The translations under genes and the position numbers were made by a program. Below are positions 40,881-48,262 of a stretch of DNA of 53,914 nucleotides, in pieces. Source of the DNA: a virus. Lineage: Duplodnaviria > Caudoviricetes. The notes below the pieces were generated by a model. The model had not been told where the DNA came from. It made no database searches and worked only from the letters and a program-made list of their open reading frames with translations. The stretch's first letter is position 1. Every line of letters starts with the position of its first letter. Location: positions 1-53,914 of IMG/VR virus record IMGVR_UViG_3300009068_000052. The stretch is one strand, 5' to 3'.

Positions 40881-41368
40881 TTCGCCTCCCTCGCTTTCAG
40901 CATTGCGTCTGCATCCATGTACGCTTGCTCAGTTAATTCGTTGAGTTTCCAATCGGTAGATTGGGCAAGGTTTATTCCGAAGGAAAGACCAGCAAAGTGG
41001 TCACGCAGAGTCATGTCTCGGGCATAGCCGCCTGTCCTTGCCATCCATGTTGACTGCTCTTCTGTCTCGCTCTCTCTGTAATTTAATTCTGCCTTCATGT
41101 TTGCCAGTCCTTTTAATTGTCGGTTAACTTGCTTGCCCATTTGCACCCAGCGATAGTGGTCTTCAGGGCCGATGCTTAATGACAGTCCTATCTGCGCCAG
41201 AGCCTCAACAATCTCTTGTACGGATTTTCTGCCAAGGTTTGGCAGCATCAACAAGTCAAACTTTGTCATTTTGGTGAGGTCTGCAAGAGTTTGAATGCCA
41301 TTGCGCTTAAAAATGTTATGGCACCGCTGAGTTACAGGCAATGCCCAAAGCTCAAATTCAATGTTCAT
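40877..41368 (-). CDS. RNA polymerase alpha-CTD-like domain fused to a small phage domain
   Basis: 'LPVTQRCHNIFKRNGIQTLADL......DLL.LPNLGRKSVQEI.EAL...GLSL' aligns by eye with the RpoA CTD. C-terminal 'MTLRDHFAG...AY..ADAMLKARE'. Confidence 0.8.
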   Translation of the reverse strand: MNIEFELWALPVTQRCHNIFKRNGIQTLADLTKMTKFDLLMLPNLGRKSVQEIVEALAQIGLSLSIGPEDHYRWVQMGKQVNRQLKGLANMKAELNYRESETEEQSTWMARTGGYARDMTLRDHFAGLSFGINLAQSTDWKLNELTEQAYMDADAMLKAREAK

Positions 41369-41544
41369 GCCTGCTCCTCAATTGCTGCGGCCAACTTGGC
41401 CATGTTCTGCTTGTAGATGGTGTCGAACACAATAATTGCTCCCGCTCTGGTGATAGTGCCGTCCATCATCCGCGTGATGATTGCGGCCAAGTACGCTGGC
41501 GGCATCAGGGCGTTCATCAGTTGCCACTTTTGGTCTTCGGTCAT
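41365..41544 (-). CDS. Hypothetical protein (not in ORF track)
   Basis: MTEDQKWQLMNALMPP... (59 aa), ATGA overlaps at both ends. Confidence 0.6.
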   Translation of the reverse strand: MTEDQKWQLMNALMPPAYLAAIITRMMDGTITRAGAIIVFDTIYKQNMAKLAAAIEEQA

Positions 41545-41738
41545 GCTTGCTCTTTCTCAATTGGCACATCGCGCCATTCGCCTTGGGTTTTTCCAGCAGC
41601 CCTATCAATGATGTTTTGCTCTAGCTCCCACCATTGTTGAAGAATAGGAACTATTTTTGATTCCGTTACGTTTTTGTAGTCTTCAAACGGCACTTGTACT
41701 GTGCGCTCAACAAAGCGCAGTCTGGATGTTGGTGTCAT
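41541..41738 (-). CDS. Hypothetical protein
   Basis: Start MTPTSRLRFVER; 'ILQQWW...GEWRDVP' small phage family. Confidence 0.7.
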   Translation of the reverse strand: MTPTSRLRFVERTVQVPFEDYKNVTESKIVPILQQWWELEQNIIDRAAGKTQGEWRDVPIEKEQA

Positions 41739-41884
41739 CTGCACTCCTTGGTGAACAACGCCCGTGCGGTGAAGCACTCAGGGACGTATTGGTAGTAGTG
41801 GTAAGCGTAGCCAGCCACCATCAGAGTTGCGACGAAGCCAATGGCCGCACAGGCAAGGGCACACAGGTTAAGGATGGTTCTCAT
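41735..41884 (-). CDS. Small membrane protein (not in ORF track)
   Basis: MRTILNLCALACAAIGFVATLMVAGYAYHYYQ... (49 aa), ATGA-coupled with GGAGG RBS. Confidence 0.55.
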   Translation of the reverse strand: MRTILNLCALACAAIGFVATLMVAGYAYHYYQYVPECFTARALFTKECR

Positions 41885-42090
41885 GCTTCCTCCAGTGTCT
41901 CGTTGATGGCTTGCAAGATTTTGTAGATGTGGTCAATCTCTTCGGCCACCAGTTGCCAGCGGGGCACAACATTGCCGATGCTGCCGTCAACATTGAAACG
42001 CATGACATCGTAGTCAGCGGGTAGCCCCCGCAGGGCACAGAGCTTGCGGGCGGCTTTTTCGCGGTTAAACGGGGTCATAAATTTTCTCAC
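41881..42090 (-). CDS. Hypothetical protein
   Basis: 69 aa, 'EKAARKLCALRGL'. Confidence 0.6.
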   Translation of the reverse strand: MRKFMTPFNREKAARKLCALRGLPADYDVMRFNVDGSIGNVVPRWQLVAEEIDHIYKILQAINETLEEA

Positions 42091-42373
42091 GATACTGCCT
42101 TGCTATGTCGAACATGACGCGCTGCATCATCTCGGGCGGCATAATTTTGAAAAGTTCTGAGTCGATGTCTCTCTTCATAACAACCAAACCATCTGGTGCG
42201 GTGTACTTCATAACCACAACAACTTTATCCCTCGGAGTTGAAGAGTCTCTTTTTGCCATCCACACCTGAAGTAAATTTGAATAGCGACCCAAAAGCTCCA
42301 GAAATTTTGGCTCCGTCATCAAGTCACCAAAACCAGCTTTTTTACCAATTGACTGAAGAACCTGTCTATCCAT
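42065..42373 (-). CDS. Hypothetical protein
   Basis: Likely start MDRQVLQ at 42373 with GGAGG RBS. Confidence 0.6.
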   Translation of the reverse strand: MDRQVLQSIGKKAGFGDLMTEPKFLELLGRYSNLLQVWMAKRDSSTPRDKVVVVMKYTAPDGLVVMKRDIDSELFKIMPPEMMQRVMFDIARQYREKIYDPV

Positions 42374-42374
42374 A

Positions 42375-42548
42375 TCAACCTCCAATGCCAATCTGGCCCG
42401 TCATGCTCAGGTAGTGGTTCTGGCGCTGCACTTGCAGCCACTCAATGCGGCGGGCTTCCGCCTCCTGCTCTTCCCAGCGCTTGGCACCCTGCTCGATGAG
42501 GCGCTGGGCGTCTTGGGCTACTTGCTTGTCGAATTCTGCTTGTGTCAT
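42375..42548 (-). CDS. Hypothetical protein (not in ORF track)
   Basis: MTQAEFDKQVAQDAQRLIEQG... (57 aa) with TAAGGA RBS, first gene after a promoter cassette. Confidence 0.65.
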   Translation of the reverse strand: MTQAEFDKQVAQDAQRLIEQGAKRWEEQEAEARRIEWLQVQRQNHYLSMTGQIGIGG

Positions 42549-42554
42549 TCTCTA

Positions 42555-42648
42555 TCCTTAGTTGCCTGCGTATTGCAGTGAGGTTATTGTAACAAGAAAT
42601 TAGAACTGTGCGGTTTTTTGTAAAAAAAGTTCTAGGTAGTTTCCCTAA
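42555..42648 (-). promoter_or_regulatory. Repeated early promoter cassette, copy 1
   Basis: TTAGGGAAACTACCTAGAA...TAATTTCTTGTTACAAT-N6-CACTGCAATACGCAGGCAACTAAGGA. Confidence 0.7.
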
Positions 42649-42651
42649 TTT

Positions 42652-42676
42652 TAAGGAAGGGGCTTTTGCCCCCCCC
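42652..42676 (-). terminator. Terminator after the peptidase-like gene
   Basis: GGGGC-AAAA-GCCCC followed by TTCCTT. Confidence 0.5.
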
Positions 42677-42684
42677 TCTTCTCT

Positions 42685-43155
42685 TTACGCCTTGGCCCAG
42701 TACCCGTAGACACACCTACGGGAAACATGCCGATTCCCGTCAGCGTTCACTGCATACGACTCTCGCTGAGGGTTCCATGTATCGTTGACCACGCCATCAA
42801 TCACGGCGGTGTAATGCTTACTGACCGACACCACCAAGTGGCCCATCGGCAATTCGCCATCATGCAGGTGAACTTTGCACCCAGTGCCAATGCCCATCGT
42901 AGGAGTCCAAGCAAAGCCAATCGAGGCCATGTAGTCCTTAAACCACTTGCGCGTCACGCTAATGCCACTGCGGGCAGAGGCGGAGCGTTTGCCACGCTTG
43001 CCTGCTGTCTGGCTTCCTGTGCCCTTGGCAAGAGCCGCGTACACCTCAGCATATGGCAGGCCAGAGGCAACTGCAATTGCACGAGCTACGCAGTCGCCTG
43101 CTTTGCCCTTGAAGCCTGCGGCCTCTCGGCCTCCATCGTTGTATTGATATTTCAT
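42685..43155 (-). CDS. Papain-fold/C39-like cysteine peptidase-like protein
   Basis: Likely start MKYQYNDGGR. GDCVARAIAVA (Cys) and SKHYTAVIDG...DTW (His, Asp) give the catalytic order of C39-like peptidases. Confidence 0.55.
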   Translation of the reverse strand: MKYQYNDGGREAAGFKGKAGDCVARAIAVASGLPYAEVYAALAKGTGSQTAGKRGKRSASARSGISVTRKWFKDYMASIGFAWTPTMGIGTGCKVHLHDGELPMGHLVVSVSKHYTAVIDGVVNDTWNPQRESYAVNADGNRHVSRRCVYGYWAKA

Positions 43156-43171
43156 TTCGCTGTCTTTCTGT

Positions 43172-43263
43172 GTTACCTGCTTATTGCAGTGATTGGAAGT
43201 GTAACACCAAATTAAACAGCGCAAACACTTCCAACCAAAATATTTTCTAAGTAGTTTCCCTAA
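43172..43263 (-). promoter_or_regulatory. Repeated early promoter cassette, copy 2
   Basis: TTAGGGAAACTACTTAGAA...TAATTTGGTGTTACACT-N6-CACTGCAATAAGCAGGTAAC. Confidence 0.7.
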
Positions 43264-43568
43264 TGCTTGAGGTAATCCAGCAGCCGCTCTAGGATGTCCG
43301 TGTGCTGGTCGTAAGGGGGTAGGCTCATCTGCTGCTCAAAGGCGTGCAGGACAAACGATATGCCTGCCTCAAAGCCCTGCTCGTACTCGCTGGGCGGCGG
43401 GGATGCATCGGTGGGCGCTTTGCAATCCATGTGAGCAGCGCTGAACATATCCATATGGTCTAGCAGGCTGTCGATGGGCAGGGGCATCTTAGGCGGGGAC
43501 TGAGTGGCACCGCAGTGCTGGCACTCGTACCGGCCTGTCTCGACGTTGATAAATAGGTGGTCGGTCAT
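43260..43568 (-). CDS. Hypothetical protein with CxxC/H..C (possible Zn finger)
   Basis: 102 aa, 'YECQHCG...H..C'. Confidence 0.65.
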   Translation of the reverse strand: MTDHLFINVETGRYECQHCGATQSPPKMPLPIDSLLDHMDMFSAAHMDCKAPTDASPPPSEYEQGFEAGISFVLHAFEQQMSLPPYDQHTDILERLLDYLKH

Positions 43569-43759
43569 GCTGTCACCTCTTCTTTTAATATTGCGGTCAG
43601 CGCGTCAATCATTTGCTGTGCGTTTTCCTTGCTGAATGCGGCATAGCAGCTTGCGCCGGGGCGGCTAATTGAAATCCAGACACCTTCTTCATGCGAGGTG
43701 ACAAAAATGTGGGGAGAGTCCAATTCTTCCCCTTTGATGTAAAACTCTAAATCGCTCAT
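43565..43759 (-). CDS. Hypothetical protein
   Basis: Likely start MSDLEFYIKG at 43759. Confidence 0.6.
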   Translation of the reverse strand: MSDLEFYIKGEELDSPHIFVTSHEEGVWISISRPGASCYAAFSKENAQQMIDALTAILKEEVTA

Positions 43760-43773
43760 GATGGTTTCTTTCT

Positions 43774-43787
43774 GGGGCCGAAGCCCC
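43774..43787 (-). promoter_or_regulatory. UUCG-tetraloop hairpin between early genes
   Basis: GGGGC-TTCG-GCCCC with no U-tract; same core as the 24601 terminator. Confidence 0.5.
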
Positions 43788-43796
43788 GTTGGTTGA

Positions 43797-44105
43797 TTAA
43801 CGTGCGGTGACCTTGACGGTGAACACTGCGGTGGTCTTGGTGTACTGAGCCACTTGGTCAGCAGTGATGCCAAGGGCTGCATACAAAGCTTTGTGGTCAA
43901 CGGTGGAGCGGTTGGACTCGCTATAAGTAGCCTTGAACAAAGAGCCTTCGACAACTTTGTCGCCGCCTGCGCTGGCGCTGTCCTTGATGCCGTCCTTGAT
44001 GGCGTCAGCTTGCTTGGTCAGTTCGGCGATTTGCGCGAGGAGGTGACCGAGGGTGTCCACGTTGCTGGTGGAGACTGCGGACATTTCGACTTGAGAGACT
44101 TGCAT
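43797..44105 (-). CDS. Hypothetical protein
   Basis: 102 aa with strongly biased codons, 'VDTLG.LLAQIA.L.KQAD.IKD..K...EG.LFKAT'. Confidence 0.8.
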   Translation of the reverse strand: MQVSQVEMSAVSTSNVDTLGHLLAQIAELTKQADAIKDGIKDSASAGGDKVVEGSLFKATYSESNRSTVDHKALYAALGITADQVAQYTKTTAVFTVKVTAR

Positions 44106-44112
44106 GATGTTT

Positions 44113-44175
44113 TCCTTAGTTGCCTGCCTTGCGGTATTGCTTGGTCAGTGCCTGTAGTGTAACAAGGAATTACAC
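44113..44175 (-). promoter_or_regulatory. Repeated early promoter cassette, copy 3
   Basis: TAATTCCTTGTTACACT-N6-CACTG...GCAATA...GCAGGCAACTAAGGA. Confidence 0.7.
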
Positions 44176-44213
44176 TAAAAACCATCTCTCTCAAAAATAT
44201 TTCACAATTTTTT

Positions 44214-44519
44214 CTATCGAATTCTCAAACCGATTAGTTTTTTTAATTCTGCTCTGGTGTCCTCCAGAAGCTCGGCCTCCCCGTACCCCCAATGCTTAGG
44301 GAATCCCTTGGTGCCCAGTCCGTGGACGCCCGTCTTGCCCCGGTGATGCTCCGGGCACAGGGGTATCACATCCATATGACTGGCGCGTCTCCCAGCCCCT
44401 GTCCCGGCCCTTGGATGGTGTAGTTCTGCCGGGGTGCCCTCGTAGCCCATCCTTCTGCACACGGCGCAGCCAAGCTCCGCTACCAGCGACATGTGGCGCT
44501 GCTCGTCTTTGGTGGTCAT
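44214..44519 (-). CDS. Ref-like (recombination enhancement) HNH-family nuclease
   Basis: Start MTTKDEQRHM; 'VAELGC.VC....TPAELHH.R.G.G...R.SH..VIPLCPEHHRG..G.H'. Confidence 0.75.
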   Translation of the reverse strand: MTTKDEQRHMSLVAELGCAVCRRMGYEGTPAELHHPRAGTGAGRRASHMDVIPLCPEHHRGKTGVHGLGTKGFPKHWGYGEAELLEDTRAELKKLIGLRIR

Positions 44520-44767
44520 CTCTTCCTCTTCGGGCGGGGGCAGTCTTCCGGTATCACTACCACGCACCAGATGGCCTCTGGCGGGCGTTGATGACGGCCC
44601 AGTATCCATCGGTCAATGTAGGCGTCTGCCATTTTCTTGAGGCACGTTCTTGCCACGCGCTCGTCGATGTTGGTTCTGACGCAGATGTCCGACACACTCA
44701 AGCCGTCGGTGTATTCCCTTAGCAGCGCTCGGATGATGGGCGGCTTAGGCTTGTAGCGCTCATTCAT
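44516..44767 (-). CDS. Small HTH-like protein
   Basis: 83 aa, 'IR.LL....DGL.V..I........L..M.DAYIDRW...A.WCVV..PE.CP.P'. Confidence 0.7.
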   Translation of the reverse strand: MNERYKPKPPIIRALLREYTDGLSVSDICVRTNIDERVARTCLKKMADAYIDRWILGRHQRPPEAIWCVVVIPEDCPRPKRKR

Positions 44768-44789
44768 TGTGGCGGTGTGCGGGTAGCGG

Positions 44790-45308
44790 TCATGTGTTCT
44801 TCTCCTTCAATGCGGCTTCATGGGCGCGGGCAAATTCCATCCAGTCAAGCGATTCCTTGTACCAAAGGTCAGCTAGTTCATCATCCGTCAGCCCTGCCCA
44901 CGGGCGTTTGCGTTCTTTTATGCTTGCGTCTAACCATTGGCCCAATCGGTCAATGTGCAGCATCCCTGTCGGCTCCTGCACAGGTGCTACGGGTGGGGTG
45001 GTTCGTTTAGACATCATGTGCGTCAGCAACGGGCTATGCCTCCCGTTTGATTGCACAATGTGTAAAGGCTCCTGCACTGGCTGTGCCTCAAATTCAGACA
45101 TCACTTTATGCGTAGCGCGAACCACTGCGTCTTCAAAGCTTGCCCGCGTGTCGCGTTTAATTGATGCCAACTGCTTTTCAGCGATCACATCCCAATCTTC
45201 CTCTTGCAACTTGTCCGCAGCCGCCGCACGCTTGGCCCGATAGCCACCGCCCCACGCACCCTGCCTGCGGGCCAGCTCGTCAAACGCTTCGTCTTCTTCA
45301 TTTTTCAT
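44790..45308 (-). CDS. Hypothetical mosaic protein
   Basis: Likely start MKNEEDEAFDELARRQG. QEP repeats and C-terminal 'W.GLTD.E...FARA.EA.LKEKNT'. Confidence 0.65.
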   Translation of the reverse strand: MKNEEDEAFDELARRQGAWGGGYRAKRAAAADKLQEEDWDVIAEKQLASIKRDTRASFEDAVVRATHKVMSEFEAQPVQEPLHIVQSNGRHSPLLTHMMSKRTTPPVAPVQEPTGMLHIDRLGQWLDASIKERKRPWAGLTDDELADLWYKESLDWMEFARAHEAALKEKNT

Positions 45309-45517
45309 AGCATTCCATTTCGTAACGTGATGCAAGTGCCCTCAAGCTGCGTGATCATCTGACCACCTTTGAGAGACATCTTGCGAAAGTTTTCTTTCTG
45401 CGACTCCAGTGCAGCGCGGCACTCCACCTCGCGGGTGAAATACTTCATCGACTGCGCAAAATCGCAGTTCCCGTTGAGGCAGACAAACAAGACGGGGATG
45501 TAGATTACTTGAATCAC
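45305..45517 (-). CDS. Hypothetical protein
   Basis: 70 aa, 'IPVLFVC.NG.C.F.Q...C', coupled to neighbours. Confidence 0.65.
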   Translation of the reverse strand: MIQVIYIPVLFVCLNGNCDFAQSMKYFTREVECRAALESQKENFRKMSLKGGQMITQLEGTCITLRNGML

Positions 45518-45843
45518 AATGTTGCCTTTCCTTCTGCGCGATCATTTGCAGATTGTGTACGCCATATTTCCACGCGGGCCTGTGCGCCAATCAAGTCCCA
45601 TCGGAGCTTTTCTTCAACCTCCACAGCGGCCCTCAAGCCATCTAGTAGCTGCAAGTATTCATCGTGAGCATAGGCGTCTCGTTCCTGCGCCGCAATCACC
45701 TTCTCGTCGCTGCGCTTCATCAGAATAGCCTTCAGGCTCTTGCGGTACTCTTCTATGTATGTTCTCTCTGCCCGTGCTTTAGCAAAGCGTTTGCCGTGGA
45801 TAAGGATGTAGTCCACCGCCTCATTTGGGTCAACTTCTCTCAT
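45514..45843 (-). CDS. Conserved phage protein (coiled coil)
   Basis: 109 aa, 'A.A.R.Y.EE.RKS.KA.LM...AQER.AYA..EY...L.GL..AVE.EE.L.W...A..R.E.WRT..A..R'. Confidence 0.8.
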   Translation of the reverse strand: MREVDPNEAVDYILIHGKRFAKARAERTYIEEYRKSLKAILMKRSDEKVIAAQERDAYAHDEYLQLLDGLRAAVEVEEKLRWDLIGAQARVEIWRTQSANDRAEGKATL

Positions 45844-46193
45844 TCCATCTCCTCAATTGTAATTTTCAACATGCCACCGATGTCGGGTGCCCAGTAGATG
45901 CGCAGGTCGTGTATCTGCGAGTCGTCTTCGTACACCCCGGCGTGGGCCAGCGAGTCCAGCGTGGCTTTCAGGAGGTTGTCTAAGTCGCGTCGGCGGTTGT
46001 CTGGGCGGTAAGCCTCCACCGTAAGCTGTAGCGGCCCGTCAAAGTGCTTCTGGGAACGCTGTATCAGCATCTGGTCGGCCACAGCCGTGCGGTAGGCGCG
46101 GCCATCGGCAGAGATGAGCATCCGCCCATTGACGGTGCGCCAGTAGGCGTTGACGCTGGGAGGCCAAGGCAGGGTGATGTTCAGGGGCATCAT
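45840..46193 (-). CDS. rusA: RusA-family Holliday junction resolvase
   Basis: LPWPPSVN.YWR...PD.RRRDLDNLLKA.LD.L..AGV..DDSQI. Confidence 0.93.
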   Translation of the reverse strand: MMPLNITLPWPPSVNAYWRTVNGRMLISADGRAYRTAVADQMLIQRSQKHFDGPLQLTVEAYRPDNRRRDLDNLLKATLDSLAHAGVYEDDSQIHDLRIYWAPDIGGMLKITIEEME

Positions 46194-46429
46194 TGGCGCT
46201 GCTCCGGTATGCGGTTGCGGATGGCGTCACCAAGCTCTTCGATGTTCACGCACTCGTCAGCCATCTTGGCGCAGGCTTCTCTCTCCAACATGATTGCCAT
46301 CATGGTGGCCTGCATGGCGTAGGCCATGATTTCCTTCTTCACATCCTCAAGCGCTTCGTTGAACTCCTGCTGGGTGAACAGGGTCTGACCCTGACTGAAC
46401 ACGTTTTTCCTGAACGGATTTTCTTGCAT
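46190..46429 (-). CDS. Hypothetical protein
   Basis: 79 aa, 'EREACAK.A......DAIR.R'. Confidence 0.7.
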   Translation of the reverse strand: MQENPFRKNVFSQGQTLFTQQEFNEALEDVKKEIMAYAMQATMMAIMLEREACAKMADECVNIEELGDAIRNRIPEQRQ

Positions 46430-46691
46430 TGATTTGCTCCTGTTTCATTGTTTTGACCAACTCGTCAACGGCTGGCTTGCCCCGTGACTTCTCCATTCTT
46501 TCCTTGAGGTCGTACCACCATTTTTGCGTTTCTCCAATTCCAATCTCACTCACTTTTTTGTTGAACCTTGCTATCCACTCACGGGCCTCGCACTCATGCA
46601 TGTACTGAATGATTGCAGGGTCTTGCTGTATCCGTACATGGTCTTCCTCCACCCAGATGGATACCTGCTTTTTTGCGCGTGGCTTTCTCAC
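46347..46691 (-). CDS. Hypothetical protein
   Basis: 114 aa, 'M..CEAREWI.R......G......WW......EK.RG'. Confidence 0.6.
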   Translation of the reverse strand: MRKPRAKKQVSIWVEEDHVRIQQDPAIIQYMHECEAREWIARFNKKVSEIGIGETQKWWYDLKERMEKSRGKPAVDELVKTMKQEQINARKSVQEKRVQSGSDPVHPAGVQRSA

Positions 46692-47049
46692 CCCTTCACC
46701 TTTGCAATCAACTCGGCAATGCGCTGCTTGTTTTTTGCAATCTGCTCGGCAGTGAGCTTGTTCTCCAGCCGCAGGGCAGATGGCTCGACATAGGAGCGGC
46801 GCAGCAAGGACAGGAACTGCGGCAGGGTAGGTGGCTCCTCGGGTAGCTGCTCTAACGCACGCTTGATGGTCTCAGCACTGGTGCCAGCCATCTTCTCCGA
46901 CCAGTGGTTCATCGCGTTGATCACACCAGCGTCCGTGCCGTCAGCCAGCGTCTGACCCGTCTTCCACATGTTTAAGAAGCGAGTCCCGTAGTGACCCTGC
47001 ATGGTCGCAAAGACTCTCTGAATCCAGCCTTCAGGTAAGCGCTGCATAT
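46688..47049 (-). CDS. Putative replication protein (lambda P / helicase-loader position)
   Basis: Follows the initiator; 'F..M...YG.RF...W...W...L...PPTLPQF..L.R'. Confidence 0.55.
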
Positions 47050-47681
47050 GCCCCCCGCTCGTCTCCAAAGATGGCCCGAGCCGCGCTCAGTTGCGCTGGC
47101 TGGTACTTGGTCTGGTCTTTGTTCATCCACTCGGCCTTGAAACTTGCCCAACCGCGCTCACAGCACACTTCCAGAGCTTGCTGGAGGTCGATGCCCGCTT
47201 TTTGAGCTTCACGCTCAATACCCCGCAGGGCAGTCTGTGTGATAGGACTCTTCTTTGCATTGCGCAGCTTGACAAAGTCACGCCACACTGCATCGGTAAC
47301 GCCGTCAGGCGTTGTATTCTTTGGTTCTTTTACAGGTTGAACTTCCTGTTTTGTAGCCAGATTCTGACCCACCACCCGGTCAGCTTCTGACCTACCCTCC
47401 GTCAGATTCTGACCCACCCCGTTGAGCTTGTACTGGTTCGGGAGAGAGACCCCTTCCATCGTCTTGTGAATGATGGTCAAGTAGCCAGCACTTTGTAGGT
47501 CGAGGAGATGACCCTTGAGGGTTGATACGCCCATCGCGCACTCTTGCGCTAGGAGCTTGTGGCTGGGGTTGCACTGGCCTGTGTGGCCGTTCGAGTGGTT
47601 TGCCAGCATCAGCAGAACCAGTTTCTGTCCTGCGCTGGTGCAGGGCTGCTCTATTGCCCATGTCATTGCCTGAAAGCTCAT
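47031..47681 (-). CDS. Replication initiator (N-terminal winged HTH)
   Basis: 'MSF.AM.WA......KLVLL.LA......G.C.PS...LA..C.M...T....L..L...G.L'; C-terminal 'W.DF..LR.AKK.P.T..A......A.KAG..L..AL..C..RGW..F'. Confidence 0.8.
   Translation of the reverse strand: MSFQAMTWAIEQPCTSAGQKLVLLMLANHSNGHTGQCNPSHKLLAQECAMGVSTLKGHLLDLQSAGYLTIIHKTMEGVSLPNQYKLNGVGQNLTEGRSEADRVVGQNLATKQEVQPVKEPKNTTPDGVTDAVWRDFVKLRNAKKSPITQTALRGIEREAQKAGIDLQQALEVCCERGWASFKAEWMNKDQTKYQPAQLSAARAIFGDERGAYAALT
47358..47418. repeat. Three iteron-like direct repeats inside the initiator gene (probable ori)
   Basis: CAGATTCTGACCCACC (47358), CAGCTTCTGACCTACC (47381) and CAGATTCTGACCCACC (47403), spaced 22-23 bp apart. Confidence 0.7.
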
Positions 47682-47684
47682 TTG

Positions 47685-47781
47685 TCACCTTACGTTGTTG
47701 GCCGTTACTAGGAGACAAGGCAGGACGGTAACGAAACGTCTTTTCGGGAGCTAACCTAGCCATGTCGCAGTTAGTGTAACA
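47685..47781 (-). promoter_or_regulatory. Promoter plus structured leader of the initiator gene
   Basis: TGTTACACT extended -10 (47773-47781), then GACATGGC...GCCTTGTC enclosing GACG-TTTCGTTAC-CGTC. The loop CGTTAC is complementary to a downstream GTAACG. Confidence 0.55.
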
Positions 47782-47979
47782 TCAAAATAAATCAGGGCGC
47801 AACTCTTTCTTTTTAACTGCCTTGCGGGTGTACTGTTCGATTTGTACAGCAAGGGCTGCGCTGGGCCTGCGGGTGCCAGCTATCAGCAGCGCAATCCATG
47901 TCTTGGTCACGCCTAGCTCCTTTGCCATTGCTGACTTGGCTCCACGGGGGAGAGGCTGGAAATACTCGACGAGTGTCAT
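47782..47979 (-). CDS. Cro/YdaS-like HTH regulator
   Basis: 'MTL.EYF...PRG.K..MA..LGVT.TW...LI.G.R.PS..LA..IE..T...V....LRPDLF'. Confidence 0.8.
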   Translation of the reverse strand: MTLVEYFQPLPRGAKSAMAKELGVTKTWIALLIAGTRRPSAALAVQIEQYTRKAVKKKELRPDLF

Positions 47980-48097
47980 TGGTGGAATCCTTTTTTTAAC
48001 ACCCCATCATACCATATAAAAAATATTTTTTGAAAGATGTCGAACATCAAGTTAAACATGCTATAGTGCAGTCCTGTTTAACTTTCTGGAGCGTGTT
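47980..48097. promoter_or_regulatory. Divergent AT-rich promoter region
   Basis: Strand switch point. Plus-strand TGcTATAGT (48059-48067); palindromes GATGT-CGA-ACATC (48036-48048) and AAAAAATATTTTTT. Confidence 0.6.
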
Positions 48098-48262
48098 GTG
48101 AGTGAATACGAGGAGCTTGTTTCAGAGAGGCAACAGATGCTTGAGCAGGCTGTTGACCGGGCCGAGGCAGGCAAAGCAACGTGGGATGACTGGAGCCTTA
48201 TCCGGGCAGAGCTTGGATTGCCACGAAGCCCATTTACCAACTTGAACAGGAGTGAAACATGA
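48098..48262 (+). CDS. Hypothetical protein (not in ORF track)
   Basis: GTG start with GGAG RBS, MSEYEELVSERQQMLEQAVDRAEAGKATWDDW.. (54 aa), ATGA-coupled to the next gene. Confidence 0.65.
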   Translation: MSEYEELVSERQQMLEQAVDRAEAGKATWDDWSLIRAELGLPRSPFTNLNRSET

